Translations under genes and position numbers: made by a program
Shown here: positions 36,292 to 45,077 of the stretch, one piece after another
How the letters are laid out: every line of letters begins with the position of its first letter
How positions within the stretch are numbered: the stretch's first letter is position 1
Assembly: GCA_041674405.1 (NCBI GenBank)
Contig: JBAYVT010000005.1
Coordinates: 7,120 to 71,119, forward strand
DNA: 64,000 bases
DNA from: Patescibacteria group bacterium
GTDB lineage: Bacteria; Patescibacteriota; UBA1384; XYA2-FULL-43-10
Direction of reading: 5' to 3'
The notes under the pieces: generated by a model
What the model was told of the DNA's origin: nothing
The model's input: the letters and a program-made list of their open reading frames with translations, nothing else
Databases searched by the model: none

Positions 36292-38835
36292 CTATCCCAA
36301 TACTCCCTTAATGTTTCCCTCACCAATACCAGGAAGATCAATTACATCTACTTTTGACCTATCGCGAATTTCTTGGTCAACTATTTCGCGGGGTTTGCCA
36401 TACTTTAATCGGGACAATTCAACCATAGCACTTCCCAATTTCTTGTTTTCGTTTTGATCAGGAGCAACGCTTGCCGCGTTAAACGGCCTCGTTGGCGCTC
36501 CGTCAATAAGCATTTTGATATAAAAATTGTATTTATCAATTGTCGTCATGTCGTCGATTTTTAATGGATCAAACTCTTTGATAAGAAATTCAGCATCGAC
36601 GGCCCCGATCCGGAAAGCCACCAACGTGCCGGCGTTTCCCATAACAGCATCTCTGATTTTTTCATCCAATTGCGCCACATACTGGTTTGTAATATTGAGC
36701 GAAAGTTTATATTTTCTAGATTCAGAAAGGATAGTTGCAAACACATCCGTGATAAAGTTTTGAAACTCGTCCACATAAAGATAAAACGGGGTTCTGTCTT
36801 TTTCATTTGTGTCCTGCCGCGAAAATGCTCCCATTGCAATTTTGGATACAATTATCATTCCAAGAAGAAAAGCATTTATCTCCCCTATCAATCCCTTTGA
36901 TAGATTGCAAATCAATATCTTTTTTCCATCCATAACTTCTCGAAAGTCGAAGGCTGATTTATTTTGGCCAATAATATTTCTCATCATGTCATTGGTCATA
37001 AATCGTCCAAATTTCGAAGTAAAATAGTTCAACATTTCTGACTTGTGAAAATCTGAAGTTTTTGCCATTTGTTTTTGCCAAAACGCCTTAACGACAGGAT
37101 CTGTAACATTTTTCACGCACTCTTTTTCAAAATCCGGATCAGTAAACAGCCTAGGAATGTCAACGATTGTGCCCCCTTCTGGCTGAACCATTAAGGTAAG
37201 GGCGGCATTCCTCATCCAATGTTCGAATTGCGGGCCCACAATGCCGGTTTGGCCCGGATCAAACAATTTATAAAACATCTGAATTGTTTCCTGAACCAAG
37301 AAATCTCTCTGCTCCGGTGTCTTCCACTCAAGCATATTAAGCCCCATCGGCCGTTCAATATCCGCCGGGTTAAAATAGATGACGTCTTCCGCCCGTTCTT
37401 TGGGGATGCGGTTTAATATGTATTCAGCAGCGTCGCCATTCGGGTCAAGATATGCCACTCCCCGGCCTTCGCGGATGTCTTGCATAATCATGTTTTCAAA
37501 AAGAACGGTTTTACCAACGCCGGTTTTACCAATCATATATATATGGCGTAGCCGATCTTCTTCTTTTATTCTGACCGGCTTTGTTTCTCCACGATAAATG
37601 CTGTTGCCAATAATCGTTCCTTCGTCTGGCAGATTTGAAGGCGGAGCCTGTCTTTTTGCCAAAAGCCAAGCGACATTTGGCGTTTCGACAAATCTATTTG
37701 GCATGTGAATTATCGAGGCCAACTCTTCTGTGTTTAAAATCATTTTCAAACCAGCGCCGAAAATCCTAAAAATATAATTTCCCACTTCCCTACCCTTGTT
37801 TTTAGCTTTTTTGGGAAGAATGTTATTTGAGTCCGGTGCATTAAATTGGGAAAACGCACTAGCAATATTCTTTGCATTTAGCTTCGCTTCTTCGGCCGTT
37901 TTTGCAACCGCCACAATCCTAACTTGAACATCAAACCCTATCTTTGCCGCTTTTTCTCCTAAAAGTTTTACCTGCGCTTCTTGCATCGGCGTCTGCTTAT
38001 ACGGGTTCTGTGGGTTATACATTGGATCATGCTGGCCATCTTTGTCACCAGGTTTTACCGCATTGTTGCCAACTTTTCCAATAAAATTAAAGAAGGTTTC
38101 TGTCGCCCTTACGGTTTTATTATTAGAATACGAAAGCCTGGTTTTGCCTTGTTGGATATTGTAGGCCGCTTTCTCTGAACCCACTCGCCAAACCTGATTG
38201 TTTGGACGGATCATGACTTGTATTCCCGCTGACTCATCTTCGGACAATTTGGAAAGCGAATTGGTGATTGCATTCAGGGGGTCTTCCTCCAGATTTTTAT
38301 ATGTCCGAATTGGAAAAATATATCTGCGAGCAAGGATCAGTGTTAGAATTTCGATAGGCAGGGGCTTATCTGGAAAAATCGAGTAATCAAGATCGCGATC
38401 GATATTTGCTTCAGGATATTGCGCATGCAGGTTTTTCTCCACAATCTCAGCAATTGTCGTAGGGCAACCGATATAGAAAAATATTTTGCCGTTTTTTGCA
38501 ATTATCTCCATAGAAATGTGGTCTTGGCCCGTAATGGATTTTTTTAAATCTTTGTCAAACAAAGAGTTTATGCTGGCATAGAAAGGTTCAATCACAGAAA
38601 GCATCTCCTGAAAATTTTTGCGCTGGTCATCTTCACTGGCGTGTGGCTCCTTCGGCACGGAAACTCTAAGCATAGTCCAATCTTCAACCAATTCAAGCTG
38701 TTTTCTGTGCAAAAATGCATTACGAATTTTTTTATACAGAAAACTGATTACAATGATGATTGCTATTATTGCGAGAGGCCAAATCCACCAAGGCGCCCCT
38801 CCTCCGGTATCGTAATAATTGGGATCTGAATACAT
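36292..38835 (-). CDS. VirB4/TrbE-family T4SS ATPase paralog, N-terminal TM anchor
   Basis: TM (WWIWPLAIIAIIIVISFLY). Walker A HIYMIGKTGVGKTV, then VAYLDPNGDA, and Walker B FYLYVDEFQNF. Co-linear with VirB4-1 but divergent. Confidence 0.7.
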   Translation of the reverse strand: MYSDPNYYDTGGGAPWWIWPLAIIAIIIVISFLYKKIRNAFLHRKQLELVEDWTMLRVSVPKEPHASEDDQRKNFQEMLSVIEPFYASINSLFDKDLKKSITGQDHISMEIIAKNGKIFFYIGCPTTIAEIVEKNLHAQYPEANIDRDLDYSIFPDKPLPIEILTLILARRYIFPIRTYKNLEEDPLNAITNSLSKLSEDESAGIQVMIRPNNQVWRVGSEKAAYNIQQGKTRLSYSNNKTVRATETFFNFIGKVGNNAVKPGDKDGQHDPMYNPQNPYKQTPMQEAQVKLLGEKAAKIGFDVQVRIVAVAKTAEEAKLNAKNIASAFSQFNAPDSNNILPKKAKNKGREVGNYIFRIFGAGLKMILNTEELASIIHMPNRFVETPNVAWLLAKRQAPPSNLPDEGTIIGNSIYRGETKPVRIKEEDRLRHIYMIGKTGVGKTVLFENMIMQDIREGRGVAYLDPNGDAAEYILNRIPKERAEDVIYFNPADIERPMGLNMLEWKTPEQRDFLVQETIQMFYKLFDPGQTGIVGPQFEHWMRNAALTLMVQPEGGTIVDIPRLFTDPDFEKECVKNVTDPVVKAFWQKQMAKTSDFHKSEMLNYFTSKFGRFMTNDMMRNIIGQNKSAFDFREVMDGKKILICNLSKGLIGEINAFLLGMIIVSKIAMGAFSRQDTNEKDRTPFYLYVDEFQNFITDVFATILSESRKYKLSLNITNQYVAQLDEKIRDAVMGNAGTLVAFRIGAVDAEFLIKEFDPLKIDDMTTIDKYNFYIKMLIDGAPTRPFNAASVAPDQNENKKLGSAMVELSRLKYGKPREIVDQEIRDRSKVDVIDLPGIGEGNIKGVLG

Positions 38836-38920
38836 TCGGAAATTTCTAATTTCTAATGACCAATTTTTTAATCCCTAAATTTTTTAGTTATTAGATTTTA
38901 GTTATTAATTATTAACTAAA

Positions 38921-40516
38921 TTATGCCGCTTTTCTCAGTTGCTCTTCTTCCGATGCTTCGCGTCTTGCATCCGCCGCCATTTCTTCAATATCATGAACCT
39001 GTTTTGATGACACTTCGGAAGAACGAGCTAGGCCAGCCGCCCAATTTCTGAACCGGGCAGATAACGGCAATTTCGGCCCGCTAGCTTGTTTCTGTGTGCC
39101 TATGGGAATTTCACGGCTAGACTGAGAAGAAATATCCACCGGCTGAATCTCCCCTATGACACCTTCTTTCTTTTTATCTTCTGTCGGCTCAATAATTTTA
39201 GCATGCGGTTCTTTTTCAAGGGTAGGCAGGGGCCCCGGTTCCGCTTCAACGCTGGCCACAATATGATCTTGCGGTACCTCTACCAATTTTACTTCATCCT
39301 TTTTAGCCTGAATGTCTCCACTTTCCACTTGTTCATGTCCTTCTGCTTCTGTCTGATTTGGCAATACGGGCTGTGTTTCAATAACAGGGGCTTCTGTTCT
39401 TGGCAGAGGTTCTTCTTCTACATTATCAATTGTAATATTACCACCGGTATTATTTGCCTCATTTATTAACTTAAGGGCCTTTTCTCTTGCCGGATTTACA
39501 AATTCTGGAGCGCTGGCCTTTATGCGACCGCTAGCTGCCGGTTTTTCTCCGCGCAATATTCTAATTTCTTTGCCCCCATCAAGTGTTTCCGCGTCTAACT
39601 CTTTTTTTGGTTTTAAGGTCGGATCCAAAGGTTTGGCCGCTGGAGCTTCTGCTAACGGCTGATCCATAAGGCCATCAAGTTCTTCCACGACCACTGCCGC
39701 AGAATCATCAGCCCCACTGGCTGCATCCTTTGCTTGTTGTTCTGGATCAAGATTTCTGGCCCCTGAAACAGGCTCGTCTTCATCACGAAGTTCAATTGCT
39801 GAAACTTTGGGAGCTTGGGGCAACGAGTTTTTTATTGCTTTAACGGCGATCTCCAAATTTTTACTATGGTCCAATCCCCTTTTGTTAAGATCGCGCCTAG
39901 CAAGATCCTTGTTTACAACATCGCTTTTCGGAGGCAAGTCTTGGTCAAATTTCTCTATTCCTCCGGAAACGTTTCTGCCCTGCTCACTTAGCACTCCCCC
40001 ATCTGGACCAATTGAAACAATTTCCTCCACTTTGGCTGGGCCTTTGGGTAATTCTTCACGAGCGACCTCAGGCTCAACCGCAGGCTTTGCAACCTCTGGT
40101 TCCAATTCATCTGGACCGAGATATTCCAATTTGGGCCGCGAAATCTCTTCGGCTGGCTTAGCTTCTTCAGGTTCTATTCTCGTCGAAGCAACTGGCTCCG
40201 GATCAATTTTTTTTCTTCCCGCCATCCTTTCAAGCCGCAATCTAACCCTCTCCGGAACGGATATCGGAGTTTTCGCCTCAGCGTGCACGTCTGTTTCAGC
40301 CATAGAAATCGTGACATCTGTACCTTCAGTTGTATCGTCTGGGCCAATCATATATTCATTCAGTAAGGCTCTTTTTTCCTCAGGTGAAGCACTTGCCAAT
40401 CTCTCTTTGAGATGCAAAAACAAACCAACATCAGGCTCTTGATGTTCGGAATTTGAAAATGCCTGGGCAATGCCGATTAAACTTCCATCCTTCTTCTCGG
40501 GGTCACTACTTGCCAT
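38921..40516 (-). CDS. Acidic Pro/Glu/Ala-rich low-complexity protein (531 aa)
   Basis: Biased composition (PE, PEV, AKPA repeats). No TM helix and no recognisable domain. Confidence 0.4.
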   Translation of the reverse strand: MASSDPEKKDGSLIGIAQAFSNSEHQEPDVGLFLHLKERLASASPEEKRALLNEYMIGPDDTTEGTDVTISMAETDVHAEAKTPISVPERVRLRLERMAGRKKIDPEPVASTRIEPEEAKPAEEISRPKLEYLGPDELEPEVAKPAVEPEVAREELPKGPAKVEEIVSIGPDGGVLSEQGRNVSGGIEKFDQDLPPKSDVVNKDLARRDLNKRGLDHSKNLEIAVKAIKNSLPQAPKVSAIELRDEDEPVSGARNLDPEQQAKDAASGADDSAAVVVEELDGLMDQPLAEAPAAKPLDPTLKPKKELDAETLDGGKEIRILRGEKPAASGRIKASAPEFVNPAREKALKLINEANNTGGNITIDNVEEEPLPRTEAPVIETQPVLPNQTEAEGHEQVESGDIQAKKDEVKLVEVPQDHIVASVEAEPGPLPTLEKEPHAKIIEPTEDKKKEGVIGEIQPVDISSQSSREIPIGTQKQASGPKLPLSARFRNWAAGLARSSEVSSKQVHDIEEMAADARREASEEEQLRKAA

Positions 40517-40910
40517 CTTTGACAGGTGCCTTTCTTAAAAGCTCGTCCTTAATATCCATGAGCTCTTTTAGGATTTTATCTTCATATCCCGGAATATTTG
40601 CTTTCACAAAATCGTTAATCTCAGCCGCATCCGCTTTTTGGGCAATTTCCGAAAATTCCGCAACTTTGCCCTCCGGCAGATAAAGCATAATTACATTGAG
40701 AATTCTCGCGTTAACGAGCTCCTCCATCTTCTTTTCTACCTGTTCTCTTTCAACATCTGAGATACCGGAGTTCTTGCCAAATCCAAGATCCTCCATTAAT
40801 CTCTCTTTGTACATTTGAATGGTGGCAGCAACATCGGCCTTATCGCCGCTAGATTGGTCCGAATTTGCATCGTTCATATTTGTTTGTAGATTGTCATCCA
40901 AATCGGCCAT
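40506..40910 (-). CDS. Hypothetical acidic protein (134 aa)
   Basis: The ORF overlaps the downstream gene start by 11 nt, suggesting translational coupling. No recognisable domain. Confidence 0.35.
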   Translation of the reverse strand: MADLDDNLQTNMNDANSDQSSGDKADVAATIQMYKERLMEDLGFGKNSGISDVEREQVEKKMEELVNARILNVIMLYLPEGKVAEFSEIAQKADAAEINDFVKANIPGYEDKILKELMDIKDELLRKAPVKDGK

Positions 40911-40928
40911 ATTCCCTCCAATATATAA

Positions 40929-43415
40929 TTATAATGTGACTTTGCTAAAATATGAAAATTCCATCGCCTTAAGGGAAGACTCGTCAAGACTGACAGGGGT
41001 TCCAAAAGTTCCGGTAGCCGGGTCAAACGGCTTGAATTCGAAATTTGGGGCAGTAAAACTATCAAGTTGCAAGAATCTTCCAAATGAGCTTGCATACAAC
41101 ACACAATTACTCGCATAACCAGCGCCAGCTAAAGATTTTAAACTATCGACGAACTTATCCTTCTTTTTGTCTGTAATTCCGAATTTACCCTCAAGATTGT
41201 AATCATCCCCGCTCACATTTATATATGCATCAACTTCCCAGATTAGATCTTTGCCATCTTTATCGACATCTAGAATAACTACATCAATATCTGCACCCGA
41301 AGGCAACATTGCAAGTTCGGCGATCCTTGGTGATTTGACAATCATCTTTTTGCTCGGAGCACCTTTGCTTACGCCAGTAAGGATATAATCACCGCCGAGC
41401 CTCTTTAGCTTTCCGGTAAACTTCTTGCCCAGATATTTTTCATAAGCTTCTTTATCAAATTCTTCTTCTGGCTCTATTTCTGGTGACGAACCTCTCCCTC
41501 TTGAAACAACATTGACTAAATTCCTATCAATAGTTCCTTCGGCAGTAAGTATGTCATCAAGTGAAAATTCCGGATGCGGATTTACAGGCGTTGGCCCAGA
41601 TAATTTTTTCCTATCCGCTTCCGTCATCTTAAATACAAGCCTGCCACTTGCATCAATATCGGTAATTTCAAATCTTCGGTCTCTTGTACCGATAACATAT
41701 CCGGCAGGCAATGTGGTAAACATGACTGTCGCCCCGATCAGTTCTTGCTTTACATTTTCTTTATTTTCTTTAGTCTTGTCTCGCTTTTCTGCCTGCTTTT
41801 CCGACCGGTTCTCGGCATTTTCTTTGCGCCGGACATCTTTTGCTTCATCTGTAAGCCTTCTTTGCGCCTTTTCATTGCCCCTTTGGGCTTTATCAATACC
41901 CAAATATCCGGCAACAGCAGCCACTCCTACGCCTCCGGCAATTTTCGCCATAAGAGAAGCAGAAGCTGCATCAGCTGAAGAATTGTGTGCTAAATCCAAG
42001 AAATCGGTGGCAAGCGAAGGATGGGAAAGAATAAAATGTTGAATATCAGGCGGGAAGGAAAGAAAGGTTTCCTTGTTGTCCACAAGAAACTGGCCAAATT
42101 GTCCGCCATCCGGCATCGCCACTGACAAGTCTAAATTCGAATGGTCGGCAAGATTAAACATTTCGTGCAGATTGCCGGATTGAAGATATTGATTGAATGT
42201 GGCCTCATAGGTCGGGCCTAGTCCGGTGGCCTGATCAAACCCAAACAGAGCTCGATCCCCGCCAAATTCTTTAATTGCATTTATGTGTCCAACCATATCG
42301 ATATGCTCAGGCGGAACCATGCCTTGTCCCATATCTTGGTTGTAAACATCAAAATTATTTTGCATCGTTTGGAAGTGTTGTAAATCTTCTTGGTATGCGG
42401 CATCAGTTAGTGATGCTCTCTTCGCATCCAATGCGTCATGGAGCACTTGCTCGTGAGACTGGGTGTGCAAAATATGCTCCGAAATCCAATCGTTCACCCC
42501 ATGCATGCCGCCATGGTGTTGAGCATAGTCAACGACTGTTCCAATTACGCCTCCAAACGCCGCGCCAACCATTGCGCCCTTGACCGCAGTCATAATTTCC
42601 GCTTTGCGCTTTAATGCAAATATTTGATCATAGGTTTCTCTCGTCTCTTCTGAAGCCATTCTGGCTATCTCTTTAGATTCATCTCCCGCATCAGCTAAAG
42701 CTTGGTCTATGCGCGACATAACCGGATTTAGCTCTTTATTCTCGGCCAATCTTTCGTTTCTACGATCTCTTAGAACTTCCTTCATCAATCGATATTTTGA
42801 AATATATTCGAGTTTGGCTTGTGCATTTCCACGCACATTTCTCGCATCCATCGCATTTTTCATAATACCAAGAGCAGTGTATAAATCAGCTTCAGTCATC
42901 TTGGACATATCTGTTTTGCTCTTCGAAAGTATATCAAGGTTTGCCATCCAGGTAGCTGCAGATTCCTGCTGATTTCGGCCTCGCATCCAACCCCAAAATC
43001 CGCCGGCAGCACCACCACCAACTGCACTTGCAGCAGGGCCTGCGAGATGTAGTCCGGCACGCACACCTGTCCGTATTGCCATACCCACGCCAACAGAGCC
43101 GACCATTCTGCCTGCCCAGTTGTTCCATACACCATTCCAAGCACCACGAATACCGCGCCGGGATGCGATTACTTGCAAAAGAATATTTGCATCAGAGTCC
43201 ATTTCGGTCAAAATCGCCCTTACTGCCTCAGGATTGCGCAGCATCTCTGCGTGTTCTTTGGCAGCATCTTGCTCCACTAGGGTTCTTGGCTTCGCAAAAC
43301 CATAGCTCGATCCCCAATCGTCTCGGTCGATAATACTACCGACTCGCTCGGCAATATCTTCGTTTACATCGGTGCGCCTTTCACCTCGTGTAGCCAATTT
43401 CCCTCCCTTATTCAC
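40929..43415 (-). CDS. Large hypothetical membrane protein (828 aa) with several glycine-zipper-like hydrophobic segments
   Basis: Segments GSVGVGMAIRTGVRAGLHLAGPAASAVGGGAAGGFWGW, AVKGAMVGAAFGGVIGTVV and IAGGVGVAAVAGYLGI. No recognisable domain. Heads the VirB4-2 transcription unit. Confidence 0.4.
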   Translation of the reverse strand: MNKGGKLATRGERRTDVNEDIAERVGSIIDRDDWGSSYGFAKPRTLVEQDAAKEHAEMLRNPEAVRAILTEMDSDANILLQVIASRRGIRGAWNGVWNNWAGRMVGSVGVGMAIRTGVRAGLHLAGPAASAVGGGAAGGFWGWMRGRNQQESAATWMANLDILSKSKTDMSKMTEADLYTALGIMKNAMDARNVRGNAQAKLEYISKYRLMKEVLRDRRNERLAENKELNPVMSRIDQALADAGDESKEIARMASEETRETYDQIFALKRKAEIMTAVKGAMVGAAFGGVIGTVVDYAQHHGGMHGVNDWISEHILHTQSHEQVLHDALDAKRASLTDAAYQEDLQHFQTMQNNFDVYNQDMGQGMVPPEHIDMVGHINAIKEFGGDRALFGFDQATGLGPTYEATFNQYLQSGNLHEMFNLADHSNLDLSVAMPDGGQFGQFLVDNKETFLSFPPDIQHFILSHPSLATDFLDLAHNSSADAASASLMAKIAGGVGVAAVAGYLGIDKAQRGNEKAQRRLTDEAKDVRRKENAENRSEKQAEKRDKTKENKENVKQELIGATVMFTTLPAGYVIGTRDRRFEITDIDASGRLVFKMTEADRKKLSGPTPVNPHPEFSLDDILTAEGTIDRNLVNVVSRGRGSSPEIEPEEEFDKEAYEKYLGKKFTGKLKRLGGDYILTGVSKGAPSKKMIVKSPRIAELAMLPSGADIDVVILDVDKDGKDLIWEVDAYINVSGDDYNLEGKFGITDKKKDKFVDSLKSLAGAGYASNCVLYASSFGRFLQLDSFTAPNFEFKPFDPATGTFGTPVSLDESSLKAMEFSYFSKVTL

Positions 43416-43593
43416 GCATAGAATAATTATAGCAAAAACAATTGGGAATGAAACCCGATTCTTTGTACAAAATTATTGTAGCAAACATATTTGCAAAACA
43501 AAAGCAAAAAACGGCCGCCCGGAGGGCAACCGCTTTTGCGTGCGATCATTTTGTACTTCTTCCCAGTATGATCAAACTGGGGAATGTAGCACG

Positions 43594-44436
43594 TTACGGT
43601 CTCGTACCAGTGCTTCGGAAGCGAATGCCCCCGATGCGAACGCGGAACTCGTAGTTAGTCCCGGCAGGAGCCTGCTGTTCCCACTCTTCCCACAGGTTAC
43701 CAGCCATGCGAACGATATTCGGCCAGAACAACCATACCAGCAGGCCGATAACACCTCCGATGACCAGGACCAGGACCGCCCAGCGCCAGACCTCCCCTCT
43801 GACCTGAGCGCCCGTCATAGGCGGCGCAGCCGGGGCCTGGACGGCCGGCATGATCGTAGCAGGAGCGACAGGTACCGGCACGGACGGAAGCGGCGCGATC
43901 TGCGGCTGGGCCGCAGGGGGCGCCAAGGGGGCGGCGGCCGGGGCCTGCGGAGTCTGGACCGGCGCAGGTGTCGTGGCAGTGGGCGGGGCGGTGGGAGCAG
44001 AAGCAGGATCGGTCTTGGTCGGCGCATCCGTCGTCTTGAGGACATAGCGCTTGTCCAGCTGGCCCTGCGTCTTGTAGCCCCAATCCTGCAACCAGGCGTT
44101 GGAAGCGGTCTGTCCCGCAGGGGGCAGCCCGTTAATCCCATGCTGCTCCAGGTTATCTACCCGGCCACCCAGGGCGTTGAGCTGCCCCTGGAGGTGGCTG
44201 ATGTTCCCAGACGCCCGGCGGGCACGGGGAACATCGCGGTGGATCGTGGCCTGAGCTAGCTCCTGCCTTGCGGTGGCAAGCTGGCCCTGCAGGCTGGCGA
44301 TCTCGGCGTCCTTCGCCGCGATCTGCGCGGCGTTGTTGGTCGGAGCCGGAATCGGCCCCTGTGCCAAGACGGCGCAAGCAGACAAAACGACCAGGAACAA
44401 AACGGCTATCAGGTTGTGGGTGGTGAAGTTTTTCAC
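43594..44436 (-). CDS. Secreted/anchored Pro-Ala-rich protein (signal peptide, coiled coil, PAPA repeats, C-terminal TM) in GC-rich island E
   Basis: AGAGAGG RBS. Signal peptide MKNFTTHNLIAVLFLVVLSACAVLAQG. PTAPPTATTPAPVQTPQAPAAAP repeats. C-terminal TM VLVLVIGGVIGLLVWLFW. GC-rich codon usage. Confidence 0.5.
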   Translation of the reverse strand: MKNFTTHNLIAVLFLVVLSACAVLAQGPIPAPTNNAAQIAAKDAEIASLQGQLATARQELAQATIHRDVPRARRASGNISHLQGQLNALGGRVDNLEQHGINGLPPAGQTASNAWLQDWGYKTQGQLDKRYVLKTTDAPTKTDPASAPTAPPTATTPAPVQTPQAPAAAPLAPPAAQPQIAPLPSVPVPVAPATIMPAVQAPAAPPMTGAQVRGEVWRWAVLVLVIGGVIGLLVWLFWPNIVRMAGNLWEEWEQQAPAGTNYEFRVRIGGIRFRSTGTRP

Positions 44437-44722
44437 TTCAACCTCTCTTTCTGCCCTTCTCGAGGGCTATCGCAATAGCGCTCGAGGTCGGACAGGTATT
44501 TGTCTTCCTCGGAGCAATGTATCTGCCAGCATTCGCGCCAGAATAATGATCACGCCAGAATTACGCTGATCTTGCATTCACATTGCTTCGAAGAAGTATA
44601 TATTGTTAAGGTGCCATCGCTCTCAGTATCCCACTTCGCTACGCTCCGCGGGATTATTAGGCTAAAGCCTAATAAAAAGTGCGATAAGGTGCTGTACAAC
44701 AACACGGGTGGAGGGGGAACCC

Positions 44723-44809
44723 ATGGCTCAAACGACGAATCGTTTGAATGTCATACAGCACGCTACCGCACTAATATTTCAGGAAAGTGTGCGACATTGT
44801 GCCGGATAG
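44723..44809 (+). CDS. Possible 28-aa micro-ORF with super-SD (GGAGGGGGAA) in island E
   Basis: MAQTTNRLNVIQHATALIFQESVRHCAG. A paralogous micro-ORF lies 110 nt downstream. Confidence 0.25.
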   Translation: MAQTTNRLNVIQHATALIFQESVRHCAG

Positions 44810-44833
44810 CAGTCACAGGCGGAGGGGGAACCT

Positions 44834-44956
44834 GTGTCTCGATATGTTTCCGAAGAAACAATCAAGAAAGCTATCCAGCACGATGTCGCACAATGTTGTA
44901 ATTTCCCTTCCAAGAGCTTAAGATCCCTCTCTCACCCTCGGAACACGCTATTGTAG
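44834..44956 (+). CDS. Possible 40-aa micro-ORF (GTG start) with identical GGAGGGGGAACC leader
   Basis: VSRYVSEETIKKAIQHDVAQCCNFPSKSLRSLSHPRNTLL. Shares the IQH..A motif with the upstream micro-ORF. Confidence 0.2.
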   Translation: MSRYVSEETIKKAIQHDVAQCCNFPSKSLRSLSHPRNTLL

Positions 44957-45077
44957 CATATACTATAAATTTTGTCAAGACCTTTAATTTATTACTTTCT
45001 AAAATAAATTGTAGTGTGATAAAATATTGATGTAATTATAAAAAGCTCTATTTTGAAAGAATAAAAGAAAGGAAGAT

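Noticed and set aside
43372-44259. 295-aa Arg/Gly-rich ORF on the plus strand and several other ORFs (43697-44083, 43815-44141) inside island E
   Set aside because: These are alternative frames of a GC-rich region with low stop-codon density. The minus-strand 280-aa ORF has an RBS, a signal peptide and coherent architecture. The others are compositional artefacts.
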